From Acidobacteriota bacterium (GTDB lineage: Bacteria > Acidobacteriota > UBA6911), in contig OY761556.1 in the NCBI GenBank assembly GCA_963664705.1, forward strand, positions 2,144,001 through 2,208,000: a DNA stretch of 64,000 nucleotides, written 5' to 3'. A program made the position numbers and the translations under genes. Below, piece after piece: positions 55,712 to 64,000 of the stretch. How positions within the stretch are numbered: the first letter of the stretch is position 1; each line of letters starts with the position of its first letter. The notes beneath the pieces were generated by a model. The model saw only the letters and a program-made list of their open reading frames with translations. It was not told the origin of the DNA and did not search any database.

Positions 55712-56173
55712 CTAGCGCAAGCCGGCCTTGTAGCGAGCGCGTGGTTCATGAATTCCAGAACTCTTACGAACCCAGTTTTGGACTGTCAACCCGGGTACCC
55801 GGTCAAACTCCTTTTCGTTGTTTGTCACGAGCGGGACGCCAAGTGCAACCGCATGAGAGGCAATCCACAAATCGCTATTCCCGATGATTCGCCCTTCCTT
55901 CTCCAAAGCCGTACGAATCCTGCCATAGCAATCGCCCACATCCGCGCCAATGTCCACCACCGGGATCAGTTCCGTCAACTCGTGCAGTACCCTTTCCGCA
56001 TCAGCCCTGCTTCGACTCTTGCAGGCCCCGTGGCTCAGTTCCCCATAGGTAATCACGGATATCGCAACATCTCCCGGCTGCAATCTTTTGAATCGAGCCA
56101 GCACCTCCGCAGGACGCGCCTTCGCAATGTAGATGCAGATATTCGTGTCCAGCAGATAACGCAATGGCATCAA
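55712..56173 (-). CDS. vapC: VapC PIN-domain toxin
   Basis: YLLDTNICI, SVITYGEL, DLWIASHA, LVTNNEKEF; 4-nt overlap with the antitoxin gene. Confidence 0.93.
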   Translation of the reverse strand: MMPLRYLLDTNICIYIAKARPAEVLARFKRLQPGDVAISVITYGELSHGACKSRSRADAERVLHELTELIPVVDIGADVGDCYGRIRTALEKEGRIIGNSDLWIASHAVALGVPLVTNNEKEFDRVPGLTVQNWVRKSSGIHEPRARYKAGLR

Positions 56174-56406
56174 AAATCCTCCCGATCCTGAGGCCGTTCA
56201 TCCTCCCGCCCCTCCTGCAGGAAATCGGCCGGCAGTGACGTCAATAATGCAAATGCCCTCGCCAGGTTGCACGATTTTTTTCTCAATACAACTTCATCCC
56301 CACGCCGGAAAATTTCAATCTCATCCGAATCAAACTGAAATTCCTTTGGGAGTCGGACCGCCTGGGAGTTGCCGCTCTTGAATACTTTTGTTGTCCGCAT
56401 AGACAT
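56170..56406 (-). CDS. vapB: VapB (AbrB/MazE-type) antitoxin
   Basis: KVFKSGNSQAVRLPKEFQF; ATG at 56406 with AGGAGG RBS (the ORF-track upstream extension is spurious). Confidence 0.92.
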   Translation of the reverse strand: MSMRTTKVFKSGNSQAVRLPKEFQFDSDEIEIFRRGDEVVLRKKSCNLARAFALLTSLPADFLQEGREDERPQDREDF

Positions 56407-56407
56407 A

Positions 56408-56428
56408 GTATATACCTCCTGTATATAC
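56408..56428. promoter_or_regulatory. vapBC autoregulatory operator pair
   Basis: Two GTATATAC palindromes (56408-56415 and 56421-56428) flanking the RBS. Confidence 0.65.
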
Positions 56429-56575
56429 ACCGGAAGGAAATTGGCGGCGAAAGGCACGCTGGTACCGCAAGCCACACAAACGGCGCAAAACCGATTTTTT
56501 TGAAATTTGGGCGAATCTGCGGCGTATTTACGATAGAATTTTTGTGTAAATTCAACCCCAAGCGAGAGCAGAAAT

Positions 56576-57040
56576 ATGAAAGAAATCATTCGCTTTAAAC
56601 TGAACGGCAAATCGACGACTCTGGATGTCGAAGGCGATCGAACACTTCTCTGGGTGCTGCGCACCGATCTCGGATTGACCGGGACCAAATACGGCTGCGG
56701 GAAAGCCATCTGCGGCGCATGCACCGTCGTCATCAACAAAAATGCCGTACGATCCTGCCAGATACCCATTCGAGACGTTCAAGGCAAGGAAGTCATTACC
56801 ATCGAAGGCCTGGCCACCGGAGAGAAGCTCCACCCGCTGCAGGCCGCCTTTGTCGAACATGGCGCCGTTCAGTGCGGATTCTGCACTCCCGGCATGATCA
56901 TGAACGCCTATGCAATGCTTTTGAAGAATCCAAAGCTCACGCGCAAGCAGATCATCGAGGGCATGGATGACAACCTCTGCCGATGCAGCGGACACAAGCG
57001 CATTGTCGAAGCCATTGAAAGCGTTGCGACCAGGAAATAA
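56576..57040 (+). CDS. 2x[2Fe-2S] subunit, xanthine oxidase family (CoxS/IorA-like)
   Basis: GTKYGCGKAICGAC...C, QCGFC, NLCRC. Confidence 0.93.
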   Translation: MKEIIRFKLNGKSTTLDVEGDRTLLWVLRTDLGLTGTKYGCGKAICGACTVVINKNAVRSCQIPIRDVQGKEVITIEGLATGEKLHPLQAAFVEHGAVQCGFCTPGMIMNAYAMLLKNPKLTRKQIIEGMDDNLCRCSGHKRIVEAIESVATRK

Positions 57041-57051
57041 GGGGCAAAATC

Positions 57052-59214
57052 ATGAAGAATGAAATTTCGAGAACTTCTGTAAAATCCGGGGCTGGATTCG
57101 ATCGCCGCAATTTTATGAAATTGCTGGGAGGCGGCATCGTCGTCCTTTTTGCCGTTGATTCGCCTGCCCACGCGGCACAACAAGGCCCCCCTGGAGGATT
57201 CGGCGGATTTGGCGGACCTCCGGGAGGCGCTTCAGACCTCAATGCCTATCTGAAAATCGGAGAAGACGGCGCCATCACCGTTTTCAGCGGCAAAATTGAA
57301 CAGGGACAGGGAAACACTACCGCGCTGGCTCAGATGGCAGCCGAAGAGCTGGGCGCTTCCCTCGATTCCATCCACATGATCATGGGCGATACCGATCTCT
57401 GCCCGTGGGACATGGGCACCTTCGGATCCATGTCGATCCGTATATACGGTGCCGCGCTGCGCTCCGCCGCGGCCGAGGCCCGGGGAATCCTGCTCGAAAT
57501 GGCCTCCGAGCAGCTTAAAGTTCCCAAAGATCAGCTGAAAATTGAAAATGGAGTCATCTATGCCGGCTCCGACCGCAAAACGCAGGTGACTTTTGCGCAG
57601 CTCGCCAAAGGGCAGAAACTCGTCCGGAAGCTGGAGAAAAAACCGGAGCCAAAGCCCGTATCCCAGTTCACCGTCATCGGCAAATCCCCCGTGCGCGTGG
57701 ACGGCAAAGACAAAGTGACCGGCAAGGCCCAGTTCACCGGCGATCTCCGTTTTGAAGGGCTTCTCTACGCCAGGCTGCTGCGGCCACCCGCTCACGGCGC
57801 CAAAATTAAAAACGTGGACGTTTCCGCTGCCCAGAAATTCGCCGGAGTTACCATCGTCAATCAGGACGGCCTCGTCGCAGTGCTGCACCCCGATCCGGAA
57901 TACGCGGAAAAAGCGCTCGCCGCCATCAAGGCCGATTACGACTTGCCCGCTGCCGCATTTGACGATCAGACCGTCTTCGACTATATCCTGAAGAACGCGC
58001 CCAAGCCCCAGCCGCGCGAACGCAAGGGAGATCTGGCTGCCGGCGAAAAAGCATCGGCCACCATTTTCGAAGAAAAATACCTCAACGGCTATGGAGCCCA
58101 TGGCTCTATTGAAACCCATACCGCAGTCGCAAAAATGGATGGCGACAAAATGACCGTGTGGATCTCCACGCAAACGCCGTTCATGAATCAGAGCGAAATC
58201 GCCCGCGCCGTCGGCCTCAATTCCAAAAACGTTCGAATCATCACCCCTTATGTCGGCGGCGGATTCGGCGGCAAAAGCGCTATCCCACAGGCCGTGGAAG
58301 CGGCGCGCCTCGCCAAGATTACCGGCAAGCCCGTGCAGGTCGCTTTCTCGCGCACCGAGGAATTTTTCTATGACTCGTTCCGGCCTGCCGCCATCGTGAA
58401 AATCAAGTCGGGAGTCGACGCCGCCGGCAAAATCTGCTTGTGGGACTACCATGTGTATTATGCCGGCGACCGGGCCTCCGAACAGTACTATGACGTTCCG
58501 AACAGCCATATCACCACCTACGGAAGCTGGATGGGCATGGGACCGAGCGTCCACCCCTTCAATACCGGCGCATGGCGCGCTCCCGGTGCGAATATCAATG
58601 TCTTCGCACGGGAATCCCACCTCGATATCATGGCGGCAAAGCTCAAAGTGGACCCGCTTGAATTCCGCATGAAAAATACCTCGGAACCGCGCGTGCGCCG
58701 CGTGCTCGAGGAAGCCGCCAAACGCTTCGGCTACAAGCCGGCCGTCGGCCCCAGCGGCCGCGGAATCGGAATCGCCTGCGGCTTCGACGCGGAAACCTAT
58801 GTCGCCCAAATTGCCGAGGTCAAACTGGACAAGGCCAACAATGTAACGGTCAAACGCATCATCTGCGCCCAGGACATGGGTGTTGCCATCAACCCGTTCG
58901 GGGCCACCATGCAGATGGAAGGATGCATCATGATGGGGCTCGGCTATAGCCTGATGGAAGACCTGCGGTTCAAGGGCGGCCAGATTCTGACGCAGAATTT
59001 TGATGACTACGCGATGCCCCACTTTTCCCATTTGCCGGACATCGATGCGTTCCTCGTCAAAAACGACGAACTGCCGGCAAAGGGCGGCGGAGAACCGGCC
59101 ATCGTTCCGGTCGGCGCCGCCATCGCCAACGCCATCTTTGATGCCGTCGGAGCCCGGGTTTTCCAAATGCCTTTTACACCGGAGAGAATTACACAGGCAC
59201 TGAAAAAAGCCTAA
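57052..59214 (+). CDS. Tat-exported molybdopterin-binding subunit (IorB/aldehyde oxidoreductase-like)
   Basis: DRRNFMK twin-arginine signal, GQG, GDTD, VGGGFGGK, WRAPG, GGGEP. Confidence 0.9.
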   Translation: MKNEISRTSVKSGAGFDRRNFMKLLGGGIVVLFAVDSPAHAAQQGPPGGFGGFGGPPGGASDLNAYLKIGEDGAITVFSGKIEQGQGNTTALAQMAAEELGASLDSIHMIMGDTDLCPWDMGTFGSMSIRIYGAALRSAAAEARGILLEMASEQLKVPKDQLKIENGVIYAGSDRKTQVTFAQLAKGQKLVRKLEKKPEPKPVSQFTVIGKSPVRVDGKDKVTGKAQFTGDLRFEGLLYARLLRPPAHGAKIKNVDVSAAQKFAGVTIVNQDGLVAVLHPDPEYAEKALAAIKADYDLPAAAFDDQTVFDYILKNAPKPQPRERKGDLAAGEKASATIFEEKYLNGYGAHGSIETHTAVAKMDGDKMTVWISTQTPFMNQSEIARAVGLNSKNVRIITPYVGGGFGGKSAIPQAVEAARLAKITGKPVQVAFSRTEEFFYDSFRPAAIVKIKSGVDAAGKICLWDYHVYYAGDRASEQYYDVPNSHITTYGSWMGMGPSVHPFNTGAWRAPGANINVFARESHLDIMAAKLKVDPLEFRMKNTSEPRVRRVLEEAAKRFGYKPAVGPSGRGIGIACGFDAETYVAQIAEVKLDKANNVTVKRIICAQDMGVAINPFGATMQMEGCIMMGLGYSLMEDLRFKGGQILTQNFDDYAMPHFSHLPDIDAFLVKNDELPAKGGGEPAIVPVGAAIANAIFDAVGARVFQMPFTPERITQALKKA

Positions 59215-59217
59215 TCG

Positions 59218-59255
59218 GGAAAGCACTGGGAGCGCCGGAACTCCCAGTGCTTTCC
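59218..59255 (+). terminator. Hairpin after the molybdoenzyme operon
   Basis: Perfect 15-bp stem GGAAAGCACTGGGAG / CTCCCAGTGCTTTCC. Confidence 0.6.
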
Positions 59256-59278
59256 ATGGTACAAATCGGAATCAAACC

Positions 59279-59848
59279 ATGACTCTATCGCGAAATGAAG
59301 CCTGGCAACACTTCAGTGACTGGACCAAAACGGAATCGCTTCGAAAACATGCGCGTGCAGTTGAAATCGTGATGGGACAGGCCGCCTTCAAATATGGAAA
59401 CGGAGCGGCCGATGAAGAACAGTGGCGCGTCGCCGGCCTGCTGCACGATGCCGATTACGAACAGTGGCCGGAAGACCACCCGAACCGCATCGTGGCCTGG
59501 CTTCGAGAGCGTGGCGAAAACGATCTCGCCCACGCCATCTCCGCTCACTACACCCGATGGAATGTCCCCTATGAAAGCGCCCTGGACAAAGCGCTGCTCG
59601 CCTGCGACGAATTGACCGGATTCGTCATCGCCGCCTGCCTGATACGACCGGAGGGAATCACGACTCTCACCGCGCAAAGCATAAAGAAGAAACTGAAGGA
59701 TAAGGCATTTGCCGCAAAGGTTGACCGGCAGGAAATTGCTGCGGGGGCGGAATTACTGGGTGTGGATCTGCTGGAACATATTCAATTTGTCATCGATGCG
59801 CTCAAGCCCCACGCGGAAGAACTGGGCGTACTGGGAACATCGAGATAG
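59279..59848 (+). CDS. HD-domain protein
   Basis: SLRKH, GLLHDADYE, H, ACDELTGF, KKLKDKAFA. Confidence 0.9.
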   Translation: MTLSRNEAWQHFSDWTKTESLRKHARAVEIVMGQAAFKYGNGAADEEQWRVAGLLHDADYEQWPEDHPNRIVAWLRERGENDLAHAISAHYTRWNVPYESALDKALLACDELTGFVIAACLIRPEGITTLTAQSIKKKLKDKAFAAKVDRQEIAAGAELLGVDLLEHIQFVIDALKPHAEELGVLGTSR

Positions 59849-59859
59849 CATCCTCTGGT

Positions 59860-59925
59860 TTCGTATAAATTCGTGGAATTCGTGGCAACAAGGAAGCTGG
59901 AGATCGGCCACGAATTTACACGAAT
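59860..59925. repeat. REPIN-like inverted doublet of CACGAATT units
   Basis: TTCGTATAAATTCGTGGAATTCGTGGC ... GGCCACGAATTTACACGAAT; the spacer resembles that at 19421-19441. Confidence 0.75.
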
Positions 59926-59930
59926 ACCTT

Positions 59931-60770
59931 TTATCGGCTAATCGTAAGCGCCATCCACTCCTCACGATCTTTGCGCGCGATAATCTTCAGTCCGGCGCCG
60001 GCAAGAGCTTCGGCGATCTCGTCGTAATCCGCGGGCTGCAAACCGGACAGGCACGCCGTGCCGCCGGCCTTTATCAGCCGCGGGAGATAGGGACAAAAAG
60101 ACGGCATCGTCCGGATATCCAGATTCGCAACCACAATATCGAATCCTTCCAGCTCAATATCTTCAAAGGAGGCTACGCGCAACTGCAGCTCGTCTCCAAA
60201 CCCATTTGAGCTGCAATACTCCCGCGCACATTCCACTGCCACCGGATCGTTATCCACCGCCAGCGCAAATACCGCCCCCAGGCGGATCGACGCCATCGCG
60301 AGAATACCCGTCCCCGTCCCTACATCCAGGACCCGCTCGCCTCCCGCCACGTGATGCTCCAGCCATTCCACCACCAGCTGTGTCGTCGCGTGATACCCGG
60401 TACCAAAGGCTCTCTTGGGATCAATGACAATTTCAATGCCGCTAAACGATGGGTCGGGGTCATGCCAGCTCTGCCGTATCCGGAAACGCTCCCCTAATCG
60501 AATCGGCTGCAGCGATTCCGCCCATTTCGCATTCCAATCCTGGTCTGGAACGGAGTTGACGGCCACATCCTCTGCGCCAATCGGAGCTTCGAGCAACTCC
60601 AGCGCTTTCATCAAATCCGCCAGGGCCGCCGGATTCCAACGATCCTCCGGCCAGAAAAGATGAATACGGCCATTGGCTTCCCAGGCTCCCAGCGATTCCC
60701 CGCCCTCCAGCAGGCCAAGCAGTTCGCCGGAATCCACTTCCGCCGGAATGTCGACTTCAATGTAATTCAT
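59931..60770 (-). CDS. prmA: Ribosomal protein L11 methyltransferase
   Basis: DWNAKW, DPKRAFGTGYHATT, LDVGTGTGILA, VVANL, LSG. Confidence 0.92.
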   Translation of the reverse strand: MNYIEVDIPAEVDSGELLGLLEGGESLGAWEANGRIHLFWPEDRWNPAALADLMKALELLEAPIGAEDVAVNSVPDQDWNAKWAESLQPIRLGERFRIRQSWHDPDPSFSGIEIVIDPKRAFGTGYHATTQLVVEWLEHHVAGGERVLDVGTGTGILAMASIRLGAVFALAVDNDPVAVECAREYCSSNGFGDELQLRVASFEDIELEGFDIVVANLDIRTMPSFCPYLPRLIKAGGTACLSGLQPADYDEIAEALAGAGLKIIARKDREEWMALTISR

Positions 60771-61175
60771 AGGAGGTGGAGTGTACCACAAGCAAAGGCT
60801 TCAAGGAGACGGCAGGATCAGAGCATGCAGAAAAAAATTTGTCGCTGCGCCCCGGTTTCCTTCAGCCGAATGTGCCGGAAGTTGCTGCCAAATGACGAGG
60901 TCTGTCCGTCATGCCAATCGTTATATTTAAGATCGATTGGCTCCGACAACCAGGCACGACGAATAAAACAACAAACCCATTCGCCGCTCGAGATCGGTCT
61001 TTCTGGATCCGTGGATCGCAGCGACTGATACTATTGTGGCAAATGCCGTCCCAACCGTCAAGGGCTTTATGAAATATACTTTCATTATTATACATAATAA
61101 CAGCGCTTCTCTTATCAGCCTTACTGGTTCATTGAAAAACTCCAATTTTTCCGGAACTTGTGTCACAATCAGAAC

Positions 61176-61631
61176 ATGCCGTACTGGTTTGATGGCAATA
61201 ACCTGATCGGACAATCGGTTGCAGCCGCAAAAGCCGATTCGCAGGCACGGCGCGCTTTTCTTTCAACTCTTCACTCCTACCAGCGATCCGGCGGCGGCAA
61301 GTTTCTCGTGTACTTTGACGGTGATGATTCCGACCGATCCGCTTCCCCTCCTGGAATCTCGGTTCGCTACAGCGCCCCTGTTTCCACGGACGAAGCCATT
61401 CTCAAGCGTCTGCGCGAAATCGCCAGCCCCGCGGAAGTCATTGTGGTCACCAATGACTGGGACCTGAAGTCCCGCTGCCGCAGCCAGGGAGCCGCGGTTT
61501 TGACCTGGTCGGAATTTACAAACAAAATGAAAGCCAGATGCATTCGGAGCAGCCGTACCAGCCAACCGGAGCGCATAGATGTCGACGAGTGGATGCATTA
61601 TTTTGGGTTGGATGAACCCTCAGGGAAATAG
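61176..61631 (+). CDS. NYN/YacP-like PIN-fold protein
   Basis: FDGNNL, VYFDG, STDEAI, VVTND, VDEWMHYF. Confidence 0.8.
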   Translation: MPYWFDGNNLIGQSVAAAKADSQARRAFLSTLHSYQRSGGGKFLVYFDGDDSDRSASPPGISVRYSAPVSTDEAILKRLREIASPAEVIVVTNDWDLKSRCRSQGAAVLTWSEFTNKMKARCIRSSRTSQPERIDVDEWMHYFGLDEPSGK

Positions 61632-61664
61632 TACATCCATTTCCCTCATTCCGGAGATTCTCCT

Positions 61665-62909
61665 ATGAAATCGAAGAAGCCAACGTACTTTGTCCGTCCG
61701 CGCACGGCCGTACTCACCCGGGGCTTCGATCCGCGTCTTTCCGTCGGATCGGCACGGCCGGCCGTATTTCGATCCTCCACCTACGTCTTTTCTTCGCCGG
61801 AATCCGCCGAGCGCTCCTTCAATATCGCTCTCGGCAAAGCCCAAGTCGAACCGGGAGAAAGCACCGACCTGATCTACGCCAGGCTGTCGCACCCCAATGC
61901 CGAAATCCTCGAAGACCAGGTGGTCCCCCTGGAACCCGGGGCCAAGGCTGCAGCCGTCTTCAATTCCGGAATGGCGGCCATTTCGACTTTGTTTTTTACG
62001 CTTTGCCCGGCCGGAACAAATTTTATTTATACGATGCCACTTTATGGTGGAACCTATCATCTTATACATCAGTTACTGCAGCCCCTGGGCGTTCATGGAA
62101 TCCCGGTCATCGCGGGAGATACGGAAGGGATGAAACGCGCGATCCGGTCCACGCCCAATCTGCGAATGGTCCTCATCGAAACGCCCGCCAACCCGGTCCT
62201 TACCATGACCGATATTGCGGCTGCATCCTCGGCGGCTAAACAGAATCCGGACGCGCCGTTCGTGGTCGTCGACAATACCTTCATTGGCCCCGCTTTTCAG
62301 CATCCGCTGACCCACGGGGCAGACCTGGTGGTGTATTCGGCCACCAAGTATCTTTCCGGATTCAGTGACATGCTGGGAGGCATTGTGCTGGCCAGGGATG
62401 GAGACCTGATTGAGCACCTGCACGGCATGCGGGCGATCCTGGGGAATATCCTGCAGCCGGATGAGTGCTGGATGCTCGACGGGCGTCTCCCGACCGTTTC
62501 GCTGCGCATGAATCGACAGAGCAAGAATGCCCAGCGCATTGCCGAGACGCTTGCGGAGCATAAGAAGATCGAGCGGGTTCATTACCCCACCCTATTTGAA
62601 GATCCGGAGCAGATACGGATCCGGGATGCGCAATGCGAGTTTCCGGGCGCGATCTTTTCCATCGAGTTGAAGGGGGGCAAACCGGCGGCATTTGATTTTC
62701 TGAGGAATCTGCAGATTGCCAGGAACGCCGTGAGCCTGGGCGGCGTGGAATCGCTCGTTTGCCATCCCGCCACCACAACCCATTCCGAAATGAGCGAGGA
62801 GGATAAAAAGCAGTTTGGGATCGACGATTCCCTGGTTCGAATCTCAGTCGGGATTGAGGACTGGCGCGACCTGCTGCACGATCTTCAACAGGCATTGGAT
62901 TCGATTTGA
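61665..62909 (+). CDS. Cys/Met-metabolism PLP enzyme (cystathionine gamma-synthase/methionine gamma-lyase family)
   Basis: YARLSHPN, SGMAAI, YGGT, ETPANP, VDNTF, SATKYLSG, VSLGGVESL. Confidence 0.92.
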   Translation: MKSKKPTYFVRPRTAVLTRGFDPRLSVGSARPAVFRSSTYVFSSPESAERSFNIALGKAQVEPGESTDLIYARLSHPNAEILEDQVVPLEPGAKAAAVFNSGMAAISTLFFTLCPAGTNFIYTMPLYGGTYHLIHQLLQPLGVHGIPVIAGDTEGMKRAIRSTPNLRMVLIETPANPVLTMTDIAAASSAAKQNPDAPFVVVDNTFIGPAFQHPLTHGADLVVYSATKYLSGFSDMLGGIVLARDGDLIEHLHGMRAILGNILQPDECWMLDGRLPTVSLRMNRQSKNAQRIAETLAEHKKIERVHYPTLFEDPEQIRIRDAQCEFPGAIFSIELKGGKPAAFDFLRNLQIARNAVSLGGVESLVCHPATTTHSEMSEEDKKQFGIDDSLVRISVGIEDWRDLLHDLQQALDSI

Positions 62910-62963
62910 ACGTTGGACGTTGGACGTTTGGACGTTGGACGTTGAACGTTGGACGTTTGGACG
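62906..62963 (+). repeat. Heptamer tandem array (TTGGACG) x8
   Basis: TTGAACG TTGGACG TTGGACG TTTGGACG TTGGACG TTGAACG TTGGACG TTTGGACG; the first unit contains the upstream gene's TGA. Confidence 0.85.
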
Positions 62964-62995
62964 GACAGGCAACAATTTCTCGAGCCCGGGAGATA

Positions 62996-64000
62996 ATGAA
63001 AAACATCGTCAATGACTTCAATATCGGGGTCGCTACCGTAAACGGCTCCGGGAGCCAGTCGGCCAACAGTGTCCTGATGCGAGCCATTTTCCGGATGGGC
63101 ATTCCGGTCAGCGGCAAAAATCTCTTCCCTTCCAACATCGCGGGCCTGCCGACCTGGTTTACCATTCGCATCAGTGAAAAAGGCTATTTCGCGCGAAAAG
63201 CTGAAACCGACATCATGGTGGCGCTGAATCCGCAGACAGCCAGGGAAGATGCCCAATCCGTTCTGCCGGGAGGAGTCCTCCTGGCAGATGACACGCTGGG
63301 GCTGGCGGAATTCCGCAGCGATATTCAAATCTACGAGGTTCCGCTGCTGAAGCTTGCGGCACAGGTTACGGAAGACGCACGCCTTCGACAAATGCTTGCA
63401 AACATGGTCTACGTCGGCGTGTTGGCGCATCTTCTGGTGCTGGATATGGGCGAGGTAGACCTTGCCATTCAAAAGCAGTTCAGGGGGAAGCCCACCGCGA
63501 TACAGCTCAGCATGAGCGCTGTGCATGCCGGATTCCAATACGCAACCGAACGCCTCGTAAAATCCGATCCGTTCCTTCTGATGAGAAGCGATAAAACGCA
63601 AGGCAGGATCCTCATCGACGGGAACGGCGCCGCGGCCCTCGGCGCCGTGTTTGGAGGCTGCACGGTCGTTACCTGGTATCCAATCACACCCTCGACATCG
63701 CTGGTTGAAGAACTGACCGGATACATGCGGAAGTACCGAATCGATCCCAAAACCGGGAAAGCCACTTTCGCCATTGTTCAGACCGAGGATGAACTGGCGG
63801 CCATCGGCATGGTGATAGGAGCCGGCTGGGCCGGAGCCCGCGCGATGACCTCAACGTCGGGGCCGGGGCTATCGCTGATGGCTGAGTTTACCGGCTTCGC
63901 CTATTACGCCGAGGTCCCCGCGGTCATCTGGGATATTCAGCGCATCGGTCCTTCCACGGGGCTTCCCACGCGCACAAGCCAGGGAGACCTCCTGTCGGCT
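62996..64000 (+). CDS. 2-oxoacid:ferredoxin oxidoreductase alpha subunit (gamma-alpha fusion), partial
   Basis: Not in the ORF track. MKNIVNDFNIGVATVNGSGSQSAN...FPSNIAGLPTW...WYPITPSTS...EDELAA...TSTSGPG...QRIGPSTGLPTR; open to the window end. Confidence 0.92.
   Translation, partial: MKNIVNDFNIGVATVNGSGSQSANSVLMRAIFRMGIPVSGKNLFPSNIAGLPTWFTIRISEKGYFARKAETDIMVALNPQTAREDAQSVLPGGVLLADDTLGLAEFRSDIQIYEVPLLKLAAQVTEDARLRQMLANMVYVGVLAHLLVLDMGEVDLAIQKQFRGKPTAIQLSMSAVHAGFQYATERLVKSDPFLLMRSDKTQGRILIDGNGAAALGAVFGGCTVVTWYPITPSTSLVEELTGYMRKYRIDPKTGKATFAIVQTEDELAAIGMVIGAGWAGARAMTSTSGPGLSLMAEFTGFAYYAEVPAVIWDIQRIGPSTGLPTRTSQGDLLSA

Noticed and set aside
60825-61028. Small Cys-rich zinc-ribbon protein
   Set aside because: Cys spacing is irregular and there are competing ORFs on both strands; it cannot be supported without homology.

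Overview
Bacterial chromosomal window, probably from an anaerobic Acidobacteriota-like organism (inferred from the Ser/Thr kinase-TPR style, PEP-CTERM genes and TPR-sensor/OmpR pair; not proven). From left to right it contains: a RAYT/IS200-type HUH transposase and two PEP-CTERM genes with a sigma-54/enhancer promoter next to tRNA-Ala(CGC); a four-gene kinase/FHA-GGDEF signalling operon; tRNA-Val(CAC); a kinase-TPR gene, HAD hydrolases and an ExeA-like ATPase; a fused E1 2-oxoacid dehydrogenase and a large NAD-glutamate dehydrogenase; a GxxExxY (PD-(D/E)XK) gene in a repeat-bounded cassette; MATE and a frameshifted lgt; a mostly AT-richer island of about 30 kb with a GT2, an epimerase, seven GT-C-type membrane proteins, a two-component system and a Tad/Flp pilus cluster with twin pilins; a frameshifted FkbM gene; vapBC; a Tat-exported molybdoenzyme; prmA; a Cys/Met PLP lyase; and the start of a 2-oxoacid:ferredoxin oxidoreductase. 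The strongest novel-looking signal is the GxxExxY cassette. It is bounded by inverted 9-mer arrays and has two internally deleted derivatives, one with its core flipped relative to shared flanks. Several other REP/REPIN-like families are present, one inserted in frame into a gene. The glycosyltransferase island coupled to the Tad pilus and the kinase-coupled FHA-GGDEF operon are the next best candidates. All product calls are motif-based by eye; no database searches were run.
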